A DNA stretch of 64,000 nucleotides, taken from the NCBI GenBank assembly GCA_017622135.1, contig JAGARR010000053.1:39340-103339 (forward strand), in the 5' to 3' direction. The notes below the pieces were generated by a model. The model did no database searches. It had not been told where the DNA came from and saw nothing but the letters and a program-made list of their open reading frames with translations. The DNA is from Spirochaetaceae bacterium. Its GTDB lineage: Bacteria; Spirochaetota; Spirochaetia; Treponematales; Treponemataceae. Below, piece by piece: positions 18,131-26,389 of this stretch. Made by a program: the position numbers and the translations under genes. Position 1 is the stretch's first letter; every line of letters starts with the position of its first letter.

Positions 18131-21044
18131 GTTGATTATCTCCAGAAACTACAGGTTTTATTCTTTTGGGTGGATGGGGCGGGATGTAGACATCCTCCTC
18201 CACAGCCACATCCTCCTCCTCGAAAGGCTCCATGTCAGGTAGGGTGGCACCGCCGCCAGCACCCTCATTCTCCAGCCTGATGGTAATGACCTTGCTGACG
18301 CCAGACTCCTCCATGGTGACACCCAGCATGGTTCCCGCGCCAGACACGGTCTTCTTGTTGTGGGTGATGACAATGTACTGACTCACATTGGCAAAGTCCC
18401 GCAGGGTGTGGATGAAGCGGAGGACGTTCTGCTCGTCCAAGGCGGCGTCAATCTCGTCCAAAAGACAGAAGGGAGATGGACGCACCATGTAGGTGGCGAA
18501 CAGGAGGGACACTGCCGTCATGGTCTTCTCTCCACCGGAAAGCAGGGCGATGTTCTCCAGCTTCTTTCCCGGAGGCTGGGCAAAGATGTCGATGCCGGAC
18601 TCCAGCACATTCTGGGGATTCACCAGCCGCAGCTCCGCCCGACCTCCGCCAAAGAGACGACGGAACATATTGTGGAAGTTCTTCTTGATTTTGTTGTAGG
18701 TGGCCAGGAACAACTCCGTGGACTCCGCACGAATCTCCTCGGTGATACGCTGAAGGTCGTCCTTTGCCTTCTGCAGGTCTGCAATCTGGGCCACCAGGAA
18801 ATCGTAGCGCTCCTTTGTCTCGGCAAACTCCTCCGGGGCGGACAGGTTCACGTTGCCCAAATCCTTCATGGACTGACGGGCCTTGGCCAGCTTGTCCCGC
18901 AGTTCGGCGGATGGTGCGGTGATGGTGTACATCCGCTCCTCGAATTCCATCAGGTCGCGGGAATGGTTCTCCCGGAAATTCTCCTTCACGTTGCGAATGT
19001 CCGTCTCGATGGTCGCCAGATCCAGACTATATTTTTCCAGCAGGGCCTGGCACTTTGATAGCTCCGCTGTCTTTTTCTTGACCTCTTCCTTCTTACCAGA
19101 CACATCGCTGTTGCGGGAACGAATCTCCTGCTCCAGCTCCTGCAGCTCGGCAGTCATGGTCACACCCCTGCGCTCGATGGAGGCAATCTCTCCCTCCAGC
19201 TCCACCAGCTGGTCGTGGACGTCCTCCAGCCGCTTGCGCTCGGCAAAAAGCTCGTTTTCCACATCGTGAAGGGCAGACTCCTGGGAGGCCAAAGTACGAC
19301 GCAGCAACTTGATCTTGTCCTCGGCAGACTGGATGTGGGTCTGCATCTGGGCCTTCTGGATACGCAGCTCCTCCAGGGTGCCACGATACTCGTCGATTTT
19401 TCCCACCAGGCCCGCATTCTCGCTTTTCAGGGAGGAAATCCGCTCCCGCAGGCCGTCCTGACGCTCATGAATCTGGGCAATCTCCCGGTCGATGGAGCGT
19501 TTGCGGGTGATAATTCCTTCCGGTGCCAGAAAATCGTCAATAAACTGAGGCGTGGAATCCATGTACTGGGCAAGGGCTTCCTTCAGCTGCTGCAGCAGTG
19601 ATTCCATTTCCGTAAAGGACTCAAGCCCGGTCTTGGTGAACCTTCCCGCATCGTTGGCGGAAGGATTGGCAATGGAGGCAAAGTCAGAGAAGATGTTCTT
19701 GCGACCAGTGGCAAGGGCAAGGAGCTTTCCCACAAGCTCGTCCACCCGTTCCCGGGCGGCGGCACAGGCTGAAGATGAGTAGCCGGCATCCTTGAGGCGG
19801 GAATCCAGCTCTGTAACAATATCCTCAGTGATAGACTCCAAGTCCTTGCGATGGTTAAAAGCCTCTCCATCCAGCTCCTGGATTGTTGACTCATGCTGGG
19901 CGGCCTGACGGTCGTTTTCCGTGATGCGGCTACCAGCAAGATTGATGTTCTCCTCGAAGGAGGTGATGTTCTTGCCCACCTCCTCAATGCGCCGCCGCTG
20001 CTGGTGGAGCCCGGATTCCTGCTCGCCAATGTCCTCCTGCAAGGATTCAATCTGCTCTGTCAGAAATGACTGGCGACCCTCCAGTTGGGTGAGCTTCTGC
20101 TTGATCTCTCCCTGGCGCTGGTTCAGCTGCTTTGCCTGCTGGTCCTTGCCGTTCTTTTCGATGGCAAGACCGTGGATCTGCTTTTCCAGCTCCACCAGGC
20201 GGTTTTCCATGGAGTTCACCTCCTCCATGTTCTCGGAAAGGGATTCGTTGATGGCATCGATTTCCTGGGTCACCTGCTCCCGCTGCTGGGAGGCCTTCTC
20301 AACCTCCTTGCTCTTGCGGTCCTGATCCAGGACAAAGCCCTTGAGACGAAGCAGCTGGATGTCCAGCTCAAAGTTGAAGATGTCCTCCCGGAGACTGCGG
20401 CAGGCAATGGCCTTGTCGGCCTGGACCTTCAGCACATCATAGGAACGCTTCACCTCTCCCAGAATGCCCTCGATTTGCCTCATGTTCTCTTCGGTTCGCT
20501 CCAGCTTGCGCTCGGCCTCCGCCCGCTTTGCCTTGAAGCGGGTAATACCGGCAGCCTCCTCAAAGAGGTAGCGGCGGTCCTCCGGCTTGCTGGAAAGGAT
20601 TTGATCAATCTTGCCCTGCTCCATCACAGAGTAGGCGGCCTTTCCTACACCAGTGTCCCAGAACAGCTCCCGAATATCCTTGAGCTTCACCTGGTTGTTG
20701 TTGATATAGTATTCGCTCTCACCGGAACGATAGAGCCGCCGCTTGATGGTAATCTCGCTGACATCAAGGGGAAGCAGACCGTTGTCATTGGCAATGGTGA
20801 GGATAACCTCCGCAACATTCAAGGGCTTGCGGGTTTCGGTACCGTTGAAGATGATGTCCTCCATCTTCTCGGCACGCATATTCTTTGCGCTCTGCTCTCC
20901 CAGCACCCATTTCACAGCATCCACAACATTGCTCTTTCCACAACCATTGGGACCCAGCAGTGCGGTGATACCATCGGAGAATTCAATTCGGGTACGGTCA
21001 ACAAATGATTTAAAGCCAAATATTTCAAGACTTTTTAGAAACAC
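18117..21044 (-). CDS. smc: Chromosome partition protein SMC
   Basis: N-terminal FLKSLEIFGFKSF...GPNGCGKSN, long coiled coils, signature LSGGEKT and Walker B CLLDEIDAALD. Start placed at GTG 21044 (VFLKSLEIF). The track ORF extends to 21092. Confidence 0.92.
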   Translation of the reverse strand: MFLKSLEIFGFKSFVDRTRIEFSDGITALLGPNGCGKSNVVDAVKWVLGEQSAKNMRAEKMEDIIFNGTETRKPLNVAEVILTIANDNGLLPLDVSEITIKRRLYRSGESEYYINNNQVKLKDIRELFWDTGVGKAAYSVMEQGKIDQILSSKPEDRRYLFEEAAGITRFKAKRAEAERKLERTEENMRQIEGILGEVKRSYDVLKVQADKAIACRSLREDIFNFELDIQLLRLKGFVLDQDRKSKEVEKASQQREQVTQEIDAINESLSENMEEVNSMENRLVELEKQIHGLAIEKNGKDQQAKQLNQRQGEIKQKLTQLEGRQSFLTEQIESLQEDIGEQESGLHQQRRRIEEVGKNITSFEENINLAGSRITENDRQAAQHESTIQELDGEAFNHRKDLESITEDIVTELDSRLKDAGYSSSACAAARERVDELVGKLLALATGRKNIFSDFASIANPSANDAGRFTKTGLESFTEMESLLQQLKEALAQYMDSTPQFIDDFLAPEGIITRKRSIDREIAQIHERQDGLRERISSLKSENAGLVGKIDEYRGTLEELRIQKAQMQTHIQSAEDKIKLLRRTLASQESALHDVENELFAERKRLEDVHDQLVELEGEIASIERRGVTMTAELQELEQEIRSRNSDVSGKKEEVKKKTAELSKCQALLEKYSLDLATIETDIRNVKENFRENHSRDLMEFEERMYTITAPSAELRDKLAKARQSMKDLGNVNLSAPEEFAETKERYDFLVAQIADLQKAKDDLQRITEEIRAESTELFLATYNKIKKNFHNMFRRLFGGGRAELRLVNPQNVLESGIDIFAQPPGKKLENIALLSGGEKTMTAVSLLFATYMVRPSPFCLLDEIDAALDEQNVLRFIHTLRDFANVSQYIVITHNKKTVSGAGTMLGVTMEESGVSKVITIRLENEGAGGGATLPDMEPFEEEDVAVEEDVYIPPHPPKRIKPVVSGDNQHEQD

Positions 21045-21206
21045 AAGAACCCCTAAGAAAAAAATTGGCCAAAACCGGTCCAATATAATCAAGCATGAGA
21101 AAGACTCCTACTCAGGACAGATTGTACCAGTTTTGGCCAATGCTTTCAATATCATCCAAGGAACCCCGAAGCAAAACATGGGGGAGCAACCTTCAACGAG
21201 ATTAAC

Positions 21207-22352
21207 TTAATAGTAGAAGGACAGGGCGAAGGCTCCATGAACCTGGGAAGATGCTCCAGGGTCAATTCCCTTCTCCTTTCCATAGATTGCCATGGACAGA
21301 TGGAAGGGCCCAAGGTCAATTCCTGCTCCAGCAGCAAGATAGGGACCCCTCATCCCAAAACGCAGGGCAATGGTCTTGAACAAAACAGCCTCAAGTCCTG
21401 CGGAGAGGTTCAGCAAGGGATGAGGAAGGAAAACAGCCTTCTCCTTGTTGAAGATGCTGGTGAAGCTGTCGTAGTCAACATACACAGAGAAACTGGTCAA
21501 TACCTTCTTCAAGATGCCGGTGGGAACCTGGACTCCCACACCGAGGCTCAAGTCTCCATTCTGCATGAATTTACACCACTCTTCCTCATTGGAGAACGAC
21601 ATGGATGTGATGGTTCCCAGTCCGTGACTCATACCTAGGTACAGGTCCTTCCAGACAGCGGATAAGGACAAGATATCCCACAGGATATAGGTGGCTCCCA
21701 CATCAAATCCAGCTGCCAAGGTCATGTCCGCAGGAAGGCTGTCAAACTCCATTGAGGTGAGTCCAGTGACTGAACCGGTGTATATGATATTGAAACGTCC
21801 CACCAGCTTTGTCGATATACCGAGAGAAAGCCGATGAAAATCATTATTGAGAATGGGGACGGAGAAACCACCTGCCAGCATCAGGTCGCCGCCTGCAATG
21901 GCAGTAACGGAGGATATAGAGGGCAAGTCGCCCCGCACAAAGATATTGTTGTAGAAGCCAATCCCCCAATTGTTTGCTACACGGGAGAAGGTCAAAGGCA
22001 GCATCATGTCCAGGTCAATGAAGATTCCGTTGCTTTCCTTCAGCATGTCCACCAACATATCTGTCATGGATCCACCATCCGATGACTTCACTAGATCGAA
22101 AAGCTTTGAGGCTGCAGCTGGCGGTCCTCCCAAGTCGAAGGCCAGGGATGGCAGGAAAACCTGCTTTCCGCTAAAGCTCATTCCGCAAGGATTGTTCAGC
22201 AGGACAAAGGGCTGCTTAAAATCACAGAGATAGCTGCCACCCATTCCTGCTGCACGGACATCCAGCACCGTGGGAGTCAGGAATTCGCTGGCGAAGACAG
22301 AGAAACTACCTATGACAAAAGTTAACCACACAATGAGAAAACGCTTTTTCAT
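21207..22352 (-). CDS. Secreted protein, possibly an outer-membrane beta-barrel
   Basis: 381 aa with a signal peptide (MKKRFLIVWLTFVIGSFSVFASE), alternating beta-strand-like pattern and an aromatic C-terminus (LSFYY). Confidence 0.65.
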   Translation of the reverse strand: MKKRFLIVWLTFVIGSFSVFASEFLTPTVLDVRAAGMGGSYLCDFKQPFVLLNNPCGMSFSGKQVFLPSLAFDLGGPPAAASKLFDLVKSSDGGSMTDMLVDMLKESNGIFIDLDMMLPLTFSRVANNWGIGFYNNIFVRGDLPSISSVTAIAGGDLMLAGGFSVPILNNDFHRLSLGISTKLVGRFNIIYTGSVTGLTSMEFDSLPADMTLAAGFDVGATYILWDILSLSAVWKDLYLGMSHGLGTITSMSFSNEEEWCKFMQNGDLSLGVGVQVPTGILKKVLTSFSVYVDYDSFTSIFNKEKAVFLPHPLLNLSAGLEAVLFKTIALRFGMRGPYLAAGAGIDLGPFHLSMAIYGKEKGIDPGASSQVHGAFALSFYY

Positions 22353-23128
22353 GATTCTTTTCCTGTCAAATCATCCAGCAAGCCACCAAGGCTAAAACCT
22401 CCCACACTAATCTTCTCGGTATCTTCCTTTCTGTTGGGCTTTCCCTCCCCTGCTGTGCCGGTCAAAACACTCGTTGTGTTCATGGCAGTTGTCAAGGCAG
22501 ACACCGAGTCTGCACTAAAGCCCTTTTCTTCAAGCTGTTTTTTGAACGTTGATTCGTCAAAGACACCACCAGTTGTGGCACCCTTCACGGCCTCCTGAAA
22601 AGCGTCCATCTTCTCATCACCACCTTCCTTCTTAATGGTATTCGTTATGAGACTGGCGGCTCCCAGTGTAAGTGTGGTAGCATCAGTATTCTCAAGGACA
22701 TCCTCATCCCCAAGGACAGTCTCCAGAGCCTTTGTATCTACATCAGGAGAGTTGCTGGTAAGAGTATCCATGATTTTTTTATAATCCTTCTCCCCTTCAC
22801 CGGAGGTCAGCTGGTCCACCGTCTCCCCCAATTGAGAGGTGGGAAGAATGGCTCCCACTCCAGCCTCCAGAAGCTTTTCCTTTTCATCTCTGGGCAGCTT
22901 TTTGACTTCATCCTGGTCGCGGTCAGCCAACTCACTCAAGACATCCGCCACCTTTTCAGGATCAGAAGAGAATTTGTCGATGTTACCTGCTAAATCCTCG
23001 GTAGACATGGAACCGATGGTTCCTGTAATGTCTCGGGACAGGGTATACATGGGCCTGGAAAAGAACTCGCAGGAAGCAAGAAAACTTATAATAATCAAAG
23101 GAAATAAGATAATCATATATTTTTTCAC
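22349..23128 (-). CDS. Lipoprotein of unknown function
   Basis: Start placed at GTG 23128, 7 nt after AGGAG (VKKYMIILFPLIIISFLASCEF; lipobox LASC). The remainder is acidic and helical. Confidence 0.65.
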   Translation of the reverse strand: MKKYMIILFPLIIISFLASCEFFSRPMYTLSRDITGTIGSMSTEDLAGNIDKFSSDPEKVADVLSELADRDQDEVKKLPRDEKEKLLEAGVGAILPTSQLGETVDQLTSGEGEKDYKKIMDTLTSNSPDVDTKALETVLGDEDVLENTDATTLTLGAASLITNTIKKEGGDEKMDAFQEAVKGATTGGVFDESTFKKQLEEKGFSADSVSALTTAMNTTSVLTGTAGEGKPNRKEDTEKISVGGFSLGGLLDDLTGKES

Positions 23129-23256
23129 TACAAAACTCCTACATTCCAGATGGTGCGATTTTATCAAAAAAATCTCTAAAATACAATGTAAAAAAAAATC
23201 ACTGATTATAATCAATTTATCGGCCGAAATGACAAAAAAAAATTATACTTTATGAT

Positions 23257-23847
23257 GTGGAGAAAAAAATGAAACAAAAGACTTTCCTTACTATCTTACT
23301 GTTGGTCTGTATCAGTTTACTTCCTGCAGACGAGGGAAACACCAAGGATAACCAGAGAAAAAGTGACTTTCTCTCCCTTGCCCTCGTCAGCAGCACAGAC
23401 TCCATCAAGACCTCCGTGAACCTGGAGCTGGGACTCACCATCTTTTCCAATGAAAGGTTCCAGCTGCGGAGCCTCACCGCCATTACCGGGGCAAAGGTTT
23501 ATGACGACGAACCAAACCTGTACCAGTTGGGACTGATGGAAAAGCTCAGCTTTGGCCAGGTGGATGCCTACACCGGTGGAATTTCCGCCGCCCGGTATGG
23601 ATTCTGCTTCGCCAGCTTTGGCTTCATGTCCTTTGACCGGAACGGGGCATCAAAATTCCTGTTCAGTCCGCCCTACTATTGGGAAGTGGGTGGTGGTGCC
23701 GGCGTGAACATTCGCATGAGCCAGCTGGTGGCCCTCGTCGCAGAGGTGGGTGGCGGCCTCCATCTGGTACCGGAGGATGAGTTCATGAAAAAATTACGGA
23801 AGGCAGGATTTGGCAGGATGAGCCTGGGATTCAGGTATTTCTTGTAA
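23257..23847 (+). CDS. Small secreted / outer-membrane-like protein
   Basis: 196 aa with a signal peptide, a Gly-rich beta-like pattern and the C-terminal LGFRYFL. Confidence 0.6.
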   Translation: MEKKMKQKTFLTILLLVCISLLPADEGNTKDNQRKSDFLSLALVSSTDSIKTSVNLELGLTIFSNERFQLRSLTAITGAKVYDDEPNLYQLGLMEKLSFGQVDAYTGGISAARYGFCFASFGFMSFDRNGASKFLFSPPYYWEVGGGAGVNIRMSQLVALVAEVGGGLHLVPEDEFMKKLRKAGFGRMSLGFRYFL

Positions 23848-23879
23848 AAAACAGGTTCAGGAAATACCTCCTGAACCTG
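23846..23879 (-). terminator. Terminator hairpin downstream of ferritin
   Basis: 10-bp perfect stem CAGGTTCAGG/CCTGAACCTG, followed on the minus strand by T5. Confidence 0.6.
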
Positions 23880-23918
23880 CTCGTTACTCCCTACAGGGAT
23901 GTATATCACCACTAAAAA

Positions 23919-24431
23919 TTACAGATTCACCTCAGGAGCGGTATAGGTGCGGCTGCCAAGGTCGGAGTCCAGCAGGTACAGGGCACGGGAATCCCCACCA
24001 AACAGCTCCATCTTGGAGATGAGCTCATGGGTATTGGCCTCTTCCTCACCCTGCTCCTTTACGAACCAGTCCAGGAACTGCATGGTGCGGTAGTCCTTCA
24101 CCTCCTCAGCAGCCCGATAGATCTCGTTGATGGAGGTAGTTACGCCGCACTCATGGGCCAAGGCCATCTGCAGGGGGGACTCGAGCTTCTCATAGGTCTT
24201 GTTGGGGCGGGCAATAGTGTCCAATTCCACCAGCTCGTTGTTATTATGCAGGTACTGGTACATCAGCATGGCATGATCCAACTCCTCCTTTGCCTGGATG
24301 CGGAACCAATTTGCAAAGCCCTTCAACCCCTTGTGCTCATAGTAGTTTGAGAAGTCAAGGTAGAGATAGGCGGAAAAAAATTCATTGTTCACCTGCTTGG
24401 TGAGCAACGATACAATCTTTTTGTCCAACAT
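23919..24431 (-). CDS. ftn: Non-haem ferritin
   Basis: 170 aa. NNEFFSAYLYLDFSNYY...QAKEELDHAMLMYQYL is the ferroxidase-centre pattern of bacterial ferritins. Confidence 0.9.
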   Translation of the reverse strand: MLDKKIVSLLTKQVNNEFFSAYLYLDFSNYYEHKGLKGFANWFRIQAKEELDHAMLMYQYLHNNNELVELDTIARPNKTYEKLESPLQMALAHECGVTTSINEIYRAAEEVKDYRTMQFLDWFVKEQGEEEANTHELISKMELFGGDSRALYLLDSDLGSRTYTAPEVNL

Positions 24432-24638
24432 AGAAAACCTCCAGTATCTTTCGAGGAATCTTGCGGGAGCCGGATCTCAAAATTGATGCTGGACTCTGCC
24501 CAAGGTTCCTAAACTGCTACATTAAATATATCCTTCTCACAAAAGAAAAGCAAGGCTGAAACGAGCATATTTTTGTTTCGATACAAATTTACTGAAATTT
24601 CCCTTCACAAAATCCATTTTCTGATTTATACTGAGCCT

Positions 24639-25289
24639 ATGGCTAAACAAAAAATTCCCGCTACTCCGTCAATCCGTCGGCTTCCCTCCTATCTCCACCT
24701 CATCAAGCAGGTACGATCGGAGGGGTACGAATTCATCTCTGGTACCGTCATAGCCCAGGAGTTGAACCTTGAGCCCATCCAGGTCCGCAAGGATTTGGCA
24801 ATCACTGGCATCATCGGGAAACCGAAGCGTGGATATCCTGTTGCCCCCCTCATTTCTGCCATCGAGCATTTTCTCAGCTGGGATGACGCCAAAAAGGCTA
24901 TCATTGTGGGAGCGGGAAATTTAGCCACTGCCCTCACCGGTTATGGCGAGTTCCAGTATCACGGCTTGAATTTTGTAGCTGCCTTCGACAAGGACAATAC
25001 AAAGATTGGAAAGGAAATCCACGGCGTTCCTGTTTTTTCCATCAACGAGCTGGGAGAAAAGATTAAGGGACATGATGTTTCCCTAGCAATTCTCACCGTC
25101 CCCTCCACCTTCGCACAGGAGACTGCCGACATCATCGTCAAAGCTGGAGTGAAGGCCATCTGGAACTTTACCAACGCAAAGCTGAAGTTACCAGAGGATG
25201 TGGTGTGCCAGCAGGAGGATTTGACCTCAGGCTACGCCATGCTCTGCGTCATGATGGATGCCCAGCGTGAGAAACCTGTAAAAGAATGA
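24639..25289 (+). CDS. rex: Redox-sensing transcriptional repressor Rex
   Basis: MAKQKIPATPSIRRLPSYLHLI... (Rex N-terminal wHTH) followed by the Rossmann motif IVGAGNLATAL. Start taken at ATG 24639. Confidence 0.9.
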   Translation: MAKQKIPATPSIRRLPSYLHLIKQVRSEGYEFISGTVIAQELNLEPIQVRKDLAITGIIGKPKRGYPVAPLISAIEHFLSWDDAKKAIIVGAGNLATALTGYGEFQYHGLNFVAAFDKDNTKIGKEIHGVPVFSINELGEKIKGHDVSLAILTVPSTFAQETADIIVKAGVKAIWNFTNAKLKLPEDVVCQQEDLTSGYAMLCVMMDAQREKPVKE

Positions 25290-26359
25290 GCAATTTCCCG
25301 CACAATACTCCCTCCGCCCCGCAAGACACGCCTTTCCAGGAAAAGGTGGCGTATCAGGCGCAGCTTTTGCATAATCGCCTTGCGAAGCGGTTCCAGCACC
25401 TAAGGAAATGGGCCAGACGAAGTGACATTGGCTGTTACCGGCTCTACGACAAGGATATTCCAGAGATTCCCCTGGCCATCGATGTGTTCCACCTGCAGCA
25501 GGAGCACCCTACGTCAGCGGCAACTGAAAACCAGCAGGACAGGTACCTCCGAATCTACCTTTACCAGCGTCCCTATGAACGGGATGAGGGGGAGGAGGAA
25601 TGCTGGCTGGCAGCCATGAGCCAGGCCGCAGCCCAAGTAGTGGGAGTAGATGCCAGTCATGTGGTGACAAAAACACGAATGCGGCAGCGGGGAACGGACC
25701 AGTACGAAAAGCAGGAGACACAGGACTCCATCACCGGCATTGTGCAGGAGCAGGGCCACCGGTTTTTCGTGAACCTCAGCAATTATCTTGATACAGGATT
25801 GTTCATGGACCACCGCCCCCTGCGAAAGCAGGTGGAGTCAGAAGCGGCGGGAAAGGCCCTGCTCAATCTCTTCTGCTACACCGCCTCCTTTTCCGTCTAC
25901 GGAGCCGTCGGAGGAGCCAGTCGGGTTGACTCAGTGGACCTTTCCAACACCTACCTGGCCTGGGGAGAACGGAATTTCGCCCTCAACGGATTGGGTGGGC
26001 GGCCTGAATATCGGTTCATCAGAAGGGATGTGGCCACCTTCTTGAAGGACACCAAGGACAGCTGGGACCTCATTGTGCTGGATCCCCCCACCTTCTCAAA
26101 CTCCAAGAAAACCAAGGACAGCCTGGACATAAACCGTGACTGGCACAGGCTGGTAAACGGCTGCCTTGACCATCTGAATCCCGGCGGCACCTTGTATTTT
26201 TCCACCAACAGCCGCCAGTTGAAATTCGATGCTGAATTACTGGCAACTACGAAAAATGACGAGGAGATTGTGGTGGAGGACATTACCGCCGCCACCATCC
26301 CAGAGGATTTCCGCAACCAGAAAATCCATCGTTGCTGGAAAATCAGCCTCAAATCTTGA
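25286..26359 (+). CDS. Class I SAM-dependent rRNA methyltransferase (RlmK / C-terminal RlmL-like)
   Basis: Motifs GLFMDHRPLR, LLNLFCYTASFSVY, DLSNTYL and IVLDPPTFSNSKK. Confidence 0.75.
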   Translation: MSNFPHNTPSAPQDTPFQEKVAYQAQLLHNRLAKRFQHLRKWARRSDIGCYRLYDKDIPEIPLAIDVFHLQQEHPTSAATENQQDRYLRIYLYQRPYERDEGEEECWLAAMSQAAAQVVGVDASHVVTKTRMRQRGTDQYEKQETQDSITGIVQEQGHRFFVNLSNYLDTGLFMDHRPLRKQVESEAAGKALLNLFCYTASFSVYGAVGGASRVDSVDLSNTYLAWGERNFALNGLGGRPEYRFIRRDVATFLKDTKDSWDLIVLDPPTFSNSKKTKDSLDINRDWHRLVNGCLDHLNPGGTLYFSTNSRQLKFDAELLATTKNDEEIVVEDITAATIPEDFRNQKIHRCWKISLKS

Positions 26360-26389
26360 GCGAGCCGGCGAGTACGAGTCCACCGTCCC

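Noticed and set aside
24573-24610. A full Rex operator upstream of rex.
   Set aside because: Only one TTCACAA half-site is present, and the partner half at canonical spacing is missing (ACTGAA with a 7-nt gap). It is kept only as a weak note in the rex finding.
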